From the NCBI GenBank assembly GCA_041659405.1, contig JBAZYK010000010.1, positions 41,508 to 73,507 of the forward strand: a stretch of 32,000 bases of DNA, given 5' to 3'. This document shows, one piece after another, positions 19,045-27,909 of this stretch. The first letter of the stretch is position 1, and each line of letters opens with the position of its first letter. The stretch comes from Candidatus Altimarinota bacterium. GTDB taxonomy: Bacteria > Patescibacteriota > Gracilibacteria > UBA1369. The notes below the pieces were generated by a model. The model ran no database searches. It was given only the letters and a program-made list of their open reading frames with translations, and had not been told where the DNA came from. The position numbers and the translations under genes were made by a program.

Positions 19045-20951
19045 TAAGGTGTGCCCGGCACGCTGAGAGTAATAGATTTTATGCCGCCTGCATATCCCAC
19101 AGTTATGATAGTGTCGGTGGCGTTTGAAGTTGATTGAGATTGCACGCTCTGGCCATTAACGGAAGATGTGAAGTTCCCGCTGATGAGCGTTTTTGGTATG
19201 GTTATCACGGCATTGCCTGTTGTTACATTGGAGTCAGCAACCGTGAAGGTGATTGCGTGTGTAGTTGGGTTGAATGTCAGGGCCGAAACAGAAGACTCCG
19301 AACTTACGGAAATAGAATAACACTGGCCATTGGCCGGAACTGAATAATTGTAGAGAGGTTTTTGTTGTTTCAAAAAGAGTTTTTTGGAATTTGCGCTTAA
19401 GATGTTGCGGGCGGCGTTTGGGTCCAGATAAGCCAGGAGAGATTTCCAGTGTCCAACGGCATCAGCCGGGGCCCCATTAGAGATGTTGCCCGTATAGTTG
19501 AGCCATCTTTCCAGACCATTTGAGCCACCTCCGGCATCTGAACCGAATAAAATGCGGGAGTTCCAGGTTTCAAAGAATCGCTTCCACTCTTCTTTTATTT
19601 GGCCATTATTAGATTGATCTGCGAGCAACGCCCAATTAGAGTTGGGTTGAGGCAGAGGGTTTTGCATGTTCTGAATCCCGGCCGTGTCTAAGTACAGATT
19701 AGGATGTCGTAAGAGGAAGTCGTTGAGCGTTGCGCTGTTGAGCGGCATATTGTTGAATCCGAGATGGGCCCAGATTAAAATAGCGTCTTTGTTGTAACTC
19801 AACATTTTTTCGAAGGCGGTGTTCGCAACAGTGTCGTCAGGTACGAAGTGAAATGAGATTGGGCCGTGATATTTAGCGGACAGATTTACCAACTGAAGCC
19901 AGAGTGGAGAATCTGCCGGAACATAGATGTTCGGCGTACCAGGGGGATAGTTATTGCCACCATAGTACCTTAGATTAGTTTCGCCTATGCCGGAAAATTT
20001 TCCTGTTTTCAATTGTGCTTCGGCAGAGGTGACGAATGTTTGACCTTGTGTGAGCCAGGTAGAGGCTTGTGGTTGGTCGGGAGTATCTGCGAATGTTATA
20101 AATCTACCGGGGTATTTTGATATGGCGTCGAGCGATGTGAGCGAATCCGTATACAGGTTTGTCATGCTCACACCGGCCTTATTCATCTCTGAAATTATCT
20201 GAGATGCGGTAATTGTGGATGGTACGTGGGCATGAGAATCGAAAATATCCATATGCGATGTGTCGGTAGGGCCGGTGCATGAAGTGTTTGGGGTGGATGG
20301 GGAGGTTGGGTTGGTTGGGCTGGTTGGGCTGACAATTGTGCGATAAATGATTCCGCTGATACTGCCGCGCGTCATTAAATCTGTCGGCGAGAAGATTGGC
20401 CATTTTTCTTCGAGATAGTTATTTGACTGCGCATATTTGACGTATGGTTCATACCAGCTGCCCTTTTCGACATCTTGAAAAACCGCCTGAACATCGAAAG
20501 ATTCCGTACTTTGCAGCTGCCAATTTTGGGCTTTGCCAATCATTTTTAAAGCTTCTACCTTGTTAACTGTTTGGCCAGGTTTAAAAGTACCGTCGGCGTA
20601 ACCGCTAATCCAGCCTGAGGCATAAGCTTTTTTGACGTATGGTGCGTACCATTGGGCGTAATCAATATCTTTGAAGGGAGTGACGGTCGAGACATCCAAA
20701 TTTATTTTTGATCCTTCAATAATTATTTTTAATAATTCGGCACGATTTACGGCTTTTTCCGGTTTGAATGTTCCGTCATCATAGCCTTTTATAATACCGT
20801 GATCCTGTAAGTAGAGAATCGCTTCACTGTTTGGGGTGGTTGCTGATACATCTAAAAAACCGCTGGCGTAAGCCGTAGATCCAGCCAGGTTTAAGATGAT
20901 TGCTACCAGTAAAATTCTTGCGAACGATTTTTTGGAAGGTTTATTTTTCAT
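19044..20951 (-). CDS. Secreted SLH-domain protein fused to an amidohydrolase-like TIM-barrel domain and a C-terminal beta-rich domain
   Basis: Signal-like N-terminus. SLH motifs AILYLQDHGIIKGYDDGTFKPEKAVNRAELLKII, YVKKAYASGWISGYADGTFKPGQTVNKVEALKMI, and a third copy (YVKYAQSNNYL...FSPTDLMTRGSISGIIYR). Then MDIFDSHAHV, GIGETNLRYYG, ISFHFVP, LIWAHLG, RILFGSDAGG. Confidence 0.88.
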   Translation of the reverse strand: MKNKPSKKSFARILLVAIILNLAGSTAYASGFLDVSATTPNSEAILYLQDHGIIKGYDDGTFKPEKAVNRAELLKIIIEGSKINLDVSTVTPFKDIDYAQWYAPYVKKAYASGWISGYADGTFKPGQTVNKVEALKMIGKAQNWQLQSTESFDVQAVFQDVEKGSWYEPYVKYAQSNNYLEEKWPIFSPTDLMTRGSISGIIYRTIVSPTSPTNPTSPSTPNTSCTGPTDTSHMDIFDSHAHVPSTITASQIISEMNKAGVSMTNLYTDSLTSLDAISKYPGRFITFADTPDQPQASTWLTQGQTFVTSAEAQLKTGKFSGIGETNLRYYGGNNYPPGTPNIYVPADSPLWLQLVNLSAKYHGPISFHFVPDDTVANTAFEKMLSYNKDAILIWAHLGFNNMPLNSATLNDFLLRHPNLYLDTAGIQNMQNPLPQPNSNWALLADQSNNGQIKEEWKRFFETWNSRILFGSDAGGGSNGLERWLNYTGNISNGAPADAVGHWKSLLAYLDPNAARNILSANSKKLFLKQQKPLYNYSVPANGQCYSISVSSESSVSALTFNPTTHAITFTVADSNVTTGNAVITIPKTLISGNFTSSVNGQSVQSQSTSNATDTIITVGYAGGIKSITLSVPGTP

Positions 20952-21166
20952 ATTTTTTTAGGGTAAAGTTGTTAAACTTTTTGATGTAAATATTGGCGAA
21001 GCGTACCACTTCTGGACTCTGTGAGCCTATTGTAGCAGAGTTAAAAAATGAGACAAATGAGACAGTGGCGCGACTATCATAGAACATCCCATGGAAATGT
21101 AATTATCGAAAATCCACGTTAGAAACTAATTTTAATGCAGTATCCTCTTGGTGTGTATAAAAAACA

Positions 21167-21195
21167 TTGACATTGATTTTATCATGCAGTATAAG
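21167..21195 (+). promoter_or_regulatory. Sigma-70-like promoter for the type I restriction-modification island
   Basis: TTGACA (21167-21172), 17-nt spacer, TATAAG (21190-21195). It is very close to ATG 21202. Confidence 0.5.
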
Positions 21196-21201
21196 GGAAG
21201 C

Positions 21202-21774
21202 ATGCACAACAAATCCTTAAAAGAAATTTCGGAAATTATAGCCGGTTTTACCTTTCGTGAAGCGTTAAAAAACGATTCCAATGGTGAAACTCAGGTTTTG
21301 TTGGCAAAAAATATAAATGTCGATGGAACCATAAATTATCCTGAATTAACACGGATCAATCTTGTTGCGCCCCGCACGAATGCATTTGTCGCAAAAAATG
21401 ATGTACTTCTCTCCTCTCGTGGAATTTTTAGAGCAGGAGTTTTTGATAAAGAGGCGAAAAATATTATAGCTGCGTCTTCTCTCTTTATCTTAAGAATCAA
21501 AGACAGTAATGTGATCCCCGAATATTTATCCATTTATTTAAATTCAGAAGCTGGTCAAAATAGTATTCAGAAAATTCTGACCGGCAGTACAATCAAAACC
21601 GTTTTACGGGGAGCTTTAGAGGATTTATCAATTCCGGTTCCGTCATTGGCCGTCCAAAAAACGATTATTGAAATCAGTGTTAATTGGCAAAAAAGACAAA
21701 CCCTTCTAAATCAAAAAATAAATCTCAGCAAGAATATTGCTGAAGGAGCAATAAAACAACTTTTAACAACATAA
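21202..21774 (+). CDS. hsdS: Type I restriction-modification half-specificity subunit with a single target-recognition domain
   Basis: 190 aa from MHNKSLKEISEIIAGFTFREAL. TRD-like body, then a single helical segment LSIPVPSLAVQKTIIEISVNWQKRQTLLNQKINL. Only one TRD unit. Confidence 0.8.
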   Translation: MHNKSLKEISEIIAGFTFREALKNDSNGETQVLLAKNINVDGTINYPELTRINLVAPRTNAFVAKNDVLLSSRGIFRAGVFDKEAKNIIAASSLFILRIKDSNVIPEYLSIYLNSEAGQNSIQKILTGSTIKTVLRGALEDLSIPVPSLAVQKTIIEISVNWQKRQTLLNQKINLSKNIAEGAIKQLLTT

Positions 21775-21778
21775 AATT

Positions 21779-23287
21779 ATGAATGAAACAACTCAAGAAC
21801 ATTTGAATAAAGTCCTCTGGAATGCTGCGGATTCATCACGCACTTCCCTGGATGCCGCAGTGTACAAAGATTATGTTTTGGCGATGCTTTTCTTTAAGTA
21901 CCTGAGTGATCTTGCAAAAAAGGAGCATCAAAAACTTCAAGAACGGCTTGGTAATGACGAAGATCGCATCCAGGAAAAAATGAAATCCGGGCGTTTTTAT
22001 CTGCCTCCAAATTCTTCCTTTGATTATATTTATTCGATTCATGAAAAAGATAATATTGGGGAGGAAATGAACAAAGTGATGCACCAAATAGAAGAAAACA
22101 ATAAAGAAAAACTTGAAGGTATTTTTAGCGGGCTGGATTTTAATTCTGAATCAACTTTAGGAAGAGTTGAACAGCGTAATAAGATGATACGCCACCTTAT
22201 AAATGATTTTCGCAATATTGATTTAAGTAAAATGGATGACGATGTTATTGGAAACGCTTATATGTACATGATAATGCAATTTGGGTCGCAAGCGGGGAAA
22301 AAAGCGGGAGAATTTTTTACGGTACGTCATGTTGCAAGATTATTGGCAAAACTTGCACAACCAAAGGAAGGAGCTCGTATTTGTGATCCGGCTTGTGGAT
22401 CGGGAGGACTTCTATTATTAGCTGGGGAAGAAATTGAAAAACATGGTTCAAAGAATTACGCCTTATACGGGCAAGAAAGTACGGGTTCTACATATCAATT
22501 GGCGCGCATGAACATGTTTCTGCATGGCAAAGATGGGGCGCGACTTGAATGGGGAGACACTTTAAACAACCCCCTGCTTGTTGAAGATGATCGTCTAATG
22601 AAATTTGATCTGGTAATTGCAAATCCGCCATTCAGTTTAAAAAAATGGGGCGCCGAGAATGCAGAAAATGACAAATATAATCGTTTCTTCCGTGGCATTC
22701 CACCAAAAGATAAAGGCGATTTTGCTTTTATTTCACACATGGTGGAAACAGCCAAAACCAAAAGTGGCAGAGTTGCTGTAATAGTACCGCATGGAGTCTT
22801 GTTTAGGGGAGGAGCAGAAGGTAAAATCAGGCAAGCACTTTTAGAAGAAAACATTATTGATGCCGTAATCGGCCTTCCTGCCGGACTTTTCCAAACTACC
22901 GGCATTCCCGTGGCAATTTTAATTATCGATAGATCACGAGAAGAAGGAGGGGCAAGCGAAAGTAAAAAGGACATATTATTTATAGAAGCATCCAAAGAAT
23001 TCAAGCAGGGTAAAGCCCAAAACACATTAAGCGCAGAAAATATCGAAAAAATCTACAACACGTATGCAAACCGTGAAGAAATCGATAAATTTTCCCGCAA
23101 AGTGATGCCGGAAGAGATTAAAGAAAACGATTACAACCTCAACATTACAAGATATGTGGATACCTTCGTGGAAGAGGAAGAAATTGATATATCAGCAAAC
23201 CTGGCTGAGTTGAAAAAACTCGAACCGGAACTGGAGAGGCTGGAAAAAGAGATGGAGGGGCACTTGAAGACGTTGAATATTTCATAG
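21779..23287 (+). CDS. hsdM: Type I restriction-modification methyltransferase subunit HsdM
   Basis: FFTVRHVARLLAKLAQPKEGARICDPACGSGGLLLLAGEEI (SAM-binding motif), LVIANPPFSLKKWG (NPPF catalytic motif), N-terminal HsdM helical region. Confidence 0.97.
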   Translation: MNETTQEHLNKVLWNAADSSRTSLDAAVYKDYVLAMLFFKYLSDLAKKEHQKLQERLGNDEDRIQEKMKSGRFYLPPNSSFDYIYSIHEKDNIGEEMNKVMHQIEENNKEKLEGIFSGLDFNSESTLGRVEQRNKMIRHLINDFRNIDLSKMDDDVIGNAYMYMIMQFGSQAGKKAGEFFTVRHVARLLAKLAQPKEGARICDPACGSGGLLLLAGEEIEKHGSKNYALYGQESTGSTYQLARMNMFLHGKDGARLEWGDTLNNPLLVEDDRLMKFDLVIANPPFSLKKWGAENAENDKYNRFFRGIPPKDKGDFAFISHMVETAKTKSGRVAVIVPHGVLFRGGAEGKIRQALLEENIIDAVIGLPAGLFQTTGIPVAILIIDRSREEGGASESKKDILFIEASKEFKQGKAQNTLSAENIEKIYNTYANREEIDKFSRKVMPEEIKENDYNLNITRYVDTFVEEEEIDISANLAELKKLEPELERLEKEMEGHLKTLNIS

Positions 23288-23295
23288 AGTAAGAT

Positions 23296-23312
23296 GGTTA
23301 CAAAATGTAACC
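23296..23312. promoter_or_regulatory. Perfect inverted repeat, candidate operator
   Basis: GGTTACA-aaa-TGTAACC, 26 nt upstream of ATG 23339. Confidence 0.6.
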
Positions 23313-23338
23313 GACTGAAATTATAACTAAACTTAATT

Positions 23339-24778
23339 ATGGATGAATTTATCAAAAAAATACTGGAAATCCCTGAAGAAACCCAGACCCTTGAGTTCAA
23401 AAGATTACAGGGGGATAAAGTCGTTTCTAAAACAGTGGAAACAATAGTATCGATGGCAAATACGGACGGAGGAACCATTATATTTGGCGTTGATGATCCT
23501 GAGAAAACAAAATTAAAAGGTTTAGCTAGGATTTTTGGGATAGAAGAAAATAAAGAACTTTTCGATGCAATAGGCAGAGAAGTTCAAAAGATAATTCCTC
23601 CCATAGGGAATATTTGGAATCCCGAAGTTTTTGAAATTAAAGAGATAGGAAAAAGCATAGCCCTACTAAGAATTAATAAAGGTGTACAGCAATTTCATGC
23701 TTTCAATAATCATGTCTATGTCCGCCAGTTAAAAAGCAATAAAAGACTTACCCCCCAGGAGGTAGTCAAATTTAGCTACGCCAAAGGTTTTGAAAAAGCG
23801 GATAAAGAGCTTGTAGATGTTGATTTCGACTTGCTAAAAACGGATAATTTTGAAAACTGGAGAAAGTCTAGAAATATCGCTCAGGACACACCACCGAAAA
23901 TTCTATTCAACGTTGGACTGGCAAGAAAAAATGAATCTGGACAACTTAAACCGACCCGTGCCGCAGTACTATTGTTTGCTCAATACCCAACCAATTTAAT
24001 GTCAACAAAGTGTGCAATAAGAGTTTTCCAATATTCAGGAACAATCGAAGCTTTCAAGGATGTCCCAAATTTGATTGGAGTTCCCAGAACTATTGATGGT
24101 CCAATCATAAAACAGATTAAAGACGCTCATGAATATGTTTTAACATTATTAAGATCCGGCATTGAAATACACTCGGGATTTGTAACTAAATATCAGATAC
24201 CGGAAAGAGCTATTAAAGAGGCCATTACCAACGCCGTTATTCACAGGGATTATCACATAAAGCGCGACATTGAAATCAGTATTTTTGAAGACCGGGTAGA
24301 AGTATTGAGTCCGGGACTATTTCCATACAATATAACCAAGTCGAATATTGGGTATGTAAGAGCTGATGGGTATAGAAATGATTTACTGGTTAAACATCTT
24401 AGAGAATTCCCAGAACAGCCAAATTTGGATAGAAATGAAGGCGTTCAGGCTATGAGGAATGAAATGAGAGCTCAAAATTTATATGATCCAATTTACTTTA
24501 CGTACCCTATATACGAAGATTCCGTTAAGGTTTTATTGTTAAATGAAAAAAGAGCGAGCGAATGGGAGAAAGTGAAGGATTATTTGATAAAACAAAGATA
24601 TATTACCAATTCGGAAGCTCGGGAAGTTACTGGCATAGTACAACTCTACAAAATGTCGCGTTTATTGAAAAAATGGGTAAATCAAGGGTTATTACTTAAG
24701 ATTTTACCTGAAAATGGTGCTCCTAAGTTTATAAAATATAAATTATCGAATACGGAGGATTTTAACCAAAAAGGTTAA
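23339..24778 (+). CDS. AlbA_2 (Schlafen-like) domain plus HATPase-like protein, putative regulator or DNA-binding ATPase
   Basis: EIPEETQTLEFKR...ETIVSMANTDGGTIIFGVDD (AlbA_2 pattern), AIKEAITNAVIHRDYHIKRDIEISIFEDRVEVLSPG (HATPase_c_4-like), and a winged-helix-like C-terminus. Confidence 0.88.
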   Translation: MDEFIKKILEIPEETQTLEFKRLQGDKVVSKTVETIVSMANTDGGTIIFGVDDPEKTKLKGLARIFGIEENKELFDAIGREVQKIIPPIGNIWNPEVFEIKEIGKSIALLRINKGVQQFHAFNNHVYVRQLKSNKRLTPQEVVKFSYAKGFEKADKELVDVDFDLLKTDNFENWRKSRNIAQDTPPKILFNVGLARKNESGQLKPTRAAVLLFAQYPTNLMSTKCAIRVFQYSGTIEAFKDVPNLIGVPRTIDGPIIKQIKDAHEYVLTLLRSGIEIHSGFVTKYQIPERAIKEAITNAVIHRDYHIKRDIEISIFEDRVEVLSPGLFPYNITKSNIGYVRADGYRNDLLVKHLREFPEQPNLDRNEGVQAMRNEMRAQNLYDPIYFTYPIYEDSVKVLLLNEKRASEWEKVKDYLIKQRYITNSEAREVTGIVQLYKMSRLLKKWVNQGLLLKILPENGAPKFIKYKLSNTEDFNQKG

Positions 24779-24779
24779 T

Positions 24780-24807
24780 TTTACTTGCAATAATCAATGC
24801 AAGTAAA
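24780..24807. repeat. Perfect 10-bp inverted repeat; an arm sequence recurs at 24843-24854
   Basis: TTTACTTGCA-ataatcaa-TGCAAGTAAA, then TTTTACTTGCAA at 24843-24854 before ATG 24879. Confidence 0.65.
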
Positions 24808-24878
24808 GGCTGACTCCGCATCAGATAAAGCTTTAAGAGGTGTTTTACTTGCAAAGTTCATTAATAATTTAAACAACC

Positions 24879-25370
24879 ATGAAAATAAATCTAACCAAAG
24901 CACAGTACGAAAACCTGATTCTTATGAGCAGCTTGACCAGCAGTATTTTTGGAATCCTAAAAGATTCATTGGATGATGAGGAATATTCATCTCAATCAAA
25001 AAAAATGGATGACTTAGAAGAGTATCTACTACAATTCGCTCATGAATTTGACTGCGACGAATTTGTGGAGAAAGATGACGGGAAAAATGTTTTGAAAGAC
25101 GCTCAATATGAAAAAATGACAATGCCAATTCTGGAAGAGTACGGCGAGTGTGAAGCCTTTGATACCCTGGCCAACAAGCTGGCTTGGCGCGATTTTAAAC
25201 GAGATCATTCCCAAGAAGAAATAGAGAAAATGGCCAAAAAGAACGGTGGCTATTTCGGCGTAGCACTACACCCATACGAAAAAAAATATTGGGACGAGTT
25301 TGAGAAAAACGGGTATGAGAGGGTGGAGATTGTGGCTGGAGATGTAGTAAAAAAATTAAATCTTAATTAA
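24879..25370 (+). CDS. Unknown acidic protein (163 aa) inside the hsd island
   Basis: ORF with an upstream intergenic repeat and a TAATG stop/start overlap with the next gene at 25368-25372. Rich in Asp/Glu. Confidence 0.8.
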   Translation: MKINLTKAQYENLILMSSLTSSIFGILKDSLDDEEYSSQSKKMDDLEEYLLQFAHEFDCDEFVEKDDGKNVLKDAQYEKMTMPILEEYGECEAFDTLANKLAWRDFKRDHSQEEIEKMAKKNGGYFGVALHPYEKKYWDEFEKNGYERVEIVAGDVVKKLNLN

Positions 25371-26743
25371 TGTTTTTAGAAAAAATGGCAAATTTTAACG
25401 CATTTTTACAGATAATCGAGGGGAAGTTGCATACCATAATTGCACTTGCTGCTGGCCTTATTTTTGAAATTCTTTTTTTTGCTTCAATTGATGGTTTCGT
25501 TGAAAAATTTATCCCGTTAAGAGGGGCACTTTATTTAATATTCATCTTGGGGTGGAGCGCATTTTGGCTTTTTAACAAATCCCACCTTCCTCAAAACAAC
25601 AAGAAAAAAAGAAAAGTAGGTATTGTCATAGCGATATTTTCAGAAAATGAGATTGAAAGACAAAAACTGAAAGCCGACTTTATGTCAAAATTAAAGGAAA
25701 TGTTGTCGCAAGAAAAAATTACGGATTTTGCAGAGATTTTTTTCCTGAAAAATCATTTTGCAGAAGAGATCCTTGAGTCAAATTCTTCAATGCAAAAAAT
25801 CGAGGAAATAAATAAAAAAATAGGAGCCCATTTTTATGTATGGGGAAGAATAAAAAAACGACCGAACGACGAGAAAGGAGAAAAATACTTTTTAACTTTC
25901 CAGGGATATGTATTTCATAACCCGATTACTCGTGAATTAAGCAATGAAATCGCTAAGGACTTTTCGGCTGTCCTGCCAAGAGAAATTAGCTTCCTTGAAA
26001 GAGAATTTCGAGGATTTGAAGCTTCTGCGAAAATATTGCATTTAGCGATAAAATATATTGTTGGATATGCAGCATTCGTTTCTCAAAATCCTATAATTGC
26101 TTTTCGTCTACATGACGGGCTTCGAGAAGCGTTTAATGTATATAGGCCACTCCCAGTTTATTTGCAAGATATAAGGAATAAAATTCCTATACTTATCTCA
26201 GAGGAAACTGGATGGATTGCACGATGGCATTTTCAAAATAACAGGTTAATAGAAGCAAAAGAATTCCTTACTAGGTCTCTTTATGAAAACAATAAGAACT
26301 ATAGCAGTTTGCTTTTTAAAGCTATTATAGATTTTAATGACAATAGAATTCATGATTCTATCAATAGCATAAGCAATGCAGAGAAATATTCGGGTGGAGA
26401 TTTTACGTGGATTTACAGCAAGGCGTTCCACTGTTTTTGGCAAGAAGACTATGCAAAGGTGCTAAAATTATGCCAAAAAATAAAAAATCAATCGCATCCT
26501 AATGAAGAAGCAATATGTAGAGAGATAAGAGAATTTAATTTAAAAATACTAGAAACCGATACTTCAAAGCCGCAATTGTACTTCTGGATTGGATTTTTAA
26601 GTTACTTTAAAGATAAAAATATCCCACAGGCGCTAGAAGATTTTGAAAAATTTGAGCAATTATCCAATGAATCTGTGGCTCTTTTAAAGAATAAATCGAG
26701 TGCGTATTTAACTGAAATCAAACGACAAATGAATCTTAAATAA
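25370..26743 (+). CDS. Unknown protein: two N-terminal TM segments, alpha/beta-looking middle domain, TPR-like C-terminal repeats
   Basis: 457 aa. TIIALAAGLIFEILFFASI and GALYLIFILGWSAFWLF, basic KKKRK, KVGIVIAIFSENEIERQ..., then helical repeats ending LYFWIGFLSYFKDKNIPQALEDFEKFEQLS. Confidence 0.8.
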   Translation: MFLEKMANFNAFLQIIEGKLHTIIALAAGLIFEILFFASIDGFVEKFIPLRGALYLIFILGWSAFWLFNKSHLPQNNKKKRKVGIVIAIFSENEIERQKLKADFMSKLKEMLSQEKITDFAEIFFLKNHFAEEILESNSSMQKIEEINKKIGAHFYVWGRIKKRPNDEKGEKYFLTFQGYVFHNPITRELSNEIAKDFSAVLPREISFLEREFRGFEASAKILHLAIKYIVGYAAFVSQNPIIAFRLHDGLREAFNVYRPLPVYLQDIRNKIPILISEETGWIARWHFQNNRLIEAKEFLTRSLYENNKNYSSLLFKAIIDFNDNRIHDSINSISNAEKYSGGDFTWIYSKAFHCFWQEDYAKVLKLCQKIKNQSHPNEEAICREIREFNLKILETDTSKPQLYFWIGFLSYFKDKNIPQALEDFEKFEQLSNESVALLKNKSSAYLTEIKRQMNLK

Positions 26744-26752
26744 TTATTATTC

Positions 26753-27904
26753 ATGCCAAATAAAACAACAATACCAGCTGGTTGGAAAATCGCGAAAGCC
26801 TTTGAGTGTATCGATGTTCGCGACGGTACACATGCTACACCGAAACCAGTAGTAGATGGAATTCCTTTGATTACATCAAAAAATATCATTGAAGGAAAGT
26901 TAACTCTAAGTGATTTTTATAATGTTAGTAATGAGGATGCTCGTGAAATAAATAAAAGATCTCAAGTTGTTATTGGAGATATTTTAATTTCAATGATTGG
27001 CACCGTTGGTGCGACTGCTATCATAAAAAATGAACCTAATTTTGTAGTTAAAAATGTTGGAATTTTCAAAACAGGAAGCAAAGCAATTTTATCTAGTTTT
27101 TTAATAAAGCAATTTCATTCAAAATATTTGCAAAATAAAATTCAGTCACTTTCGAGTGGGGGGATTCAAAAATTTATTTCACTAGGACAACTTAGAAAGC
27201 TGCCAATTTTATTCCCCCCTCTTCCCGAACAGGAAAAAATTGTTGAAGTGCTTGAGGCTTGGGACAGCTATCTTGAAAAACTTTCGAACACGATCAAACT
27301 AAAAAAGAAAATCAAAAAAGGATTGATGCAGAAGTTGTTGGCGGGAAAAATTAGATTGAAAGGATTTAGTGAGTCATGGAAGACAGTTAAGATTGGAGAT
27401 TGTTTAAAGATTAAACATGGAAAGTCACAGAAAGCTGTGGAGGATCCAAATGGGCAATATCCGATATTAGGAACTGGCGGAGAAATGGGTAGAGCTACAG
27501 CATTTCTTTATGATAGACCTTCTGTTTTGATTGGGAGAAAAGGTACAATAAATAAGCCAAAATATATGGAAACTCCATTCTGGACGGTGGATACGCTTTT
27601 TTATAGTGAAGTTAAAGATAATTGTTATCCAAAATATCTCTATTATCATTTCTTGATGATTAATTGGAAACAATACAATGAAGGTTCTGGAATTCCAAGT
27701 CTATCTGCCTCAACTATTTCATCTATAAAAATAGAAATTTCAAAAAGTTTTGAGGAACAAACCGCCATCGCCCAAATCCTAACTACCGCCGACCAGGAAA
27801 TCGAAGCGCTCGAAAAGAAAAAAGCTATCATTGAACAACAGAAAAAATACCTATTAAATAACCTGATTACAGGGAAGATAAGACTTCCGGAATTCATCGA
27901 ATAA
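26753..27904 (+). CDS. hsdS: Type I restriction-modification specificity subunit HsdS (two TRDs)
   Basis: 383 aa. Two TRD units, each followed by the conserved helix: LFPPLPEQEKIVEVLEAWDSYLEKL...KKGLMQKLLAGKIRLKGF and EQTAIAQILTTADQEIEALEKKKAIIEQQKKYLLNNLITGKIRLPEF. Confidence 0.95.
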   Translation: MPNKTTIPAGWKIAKAFECIDVRDGTHATPKPVVDGIPLITSKNIIEGKLTLSDFYNVSNEDAREINKRSQVVIGDILISMIGTVGATAIIKNEPNFVVKNVGIFKTGSKAILSSFLIKQFHSKYLQNKIQSLSSGGIQKFISLGQLRKLPILFPPLPEQEKIVEVLEAWDSYLEKLSNTIKLKKKIKKGLMQKLLAGKIRLKGFSESWKTVKIGDCLKIKHGKSQKAVEDPNGQYPILGTGGEMGRATAFLYDRPSVLIGRKGTINKPKYMETPFWTVDTLFYSEVKDNCYPKYLYYHFLMINWKQYNEGSGIPSLSASTISSIKIEISKSFEEQTAIAQILTTADQEIEALEKKKAIIEQQKKYLLNNLITGKIRLPEFIE

Positions 27905-27909
27905 TCATG

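Noticed and set aside
21836-23478. Minus-strand ORFs of 83, 176 and 115 aa inside hsdM
   Set aside because: Antisense shadows of HsdM codons, with no motifs.
27150-27220. G6 and C6 tracts in hsdS as phase-variation sites
   Set aside because: Both tracts are short and encode conserved HsdS residues (SGG and FPPLPEQ), and the reading frame is intact.
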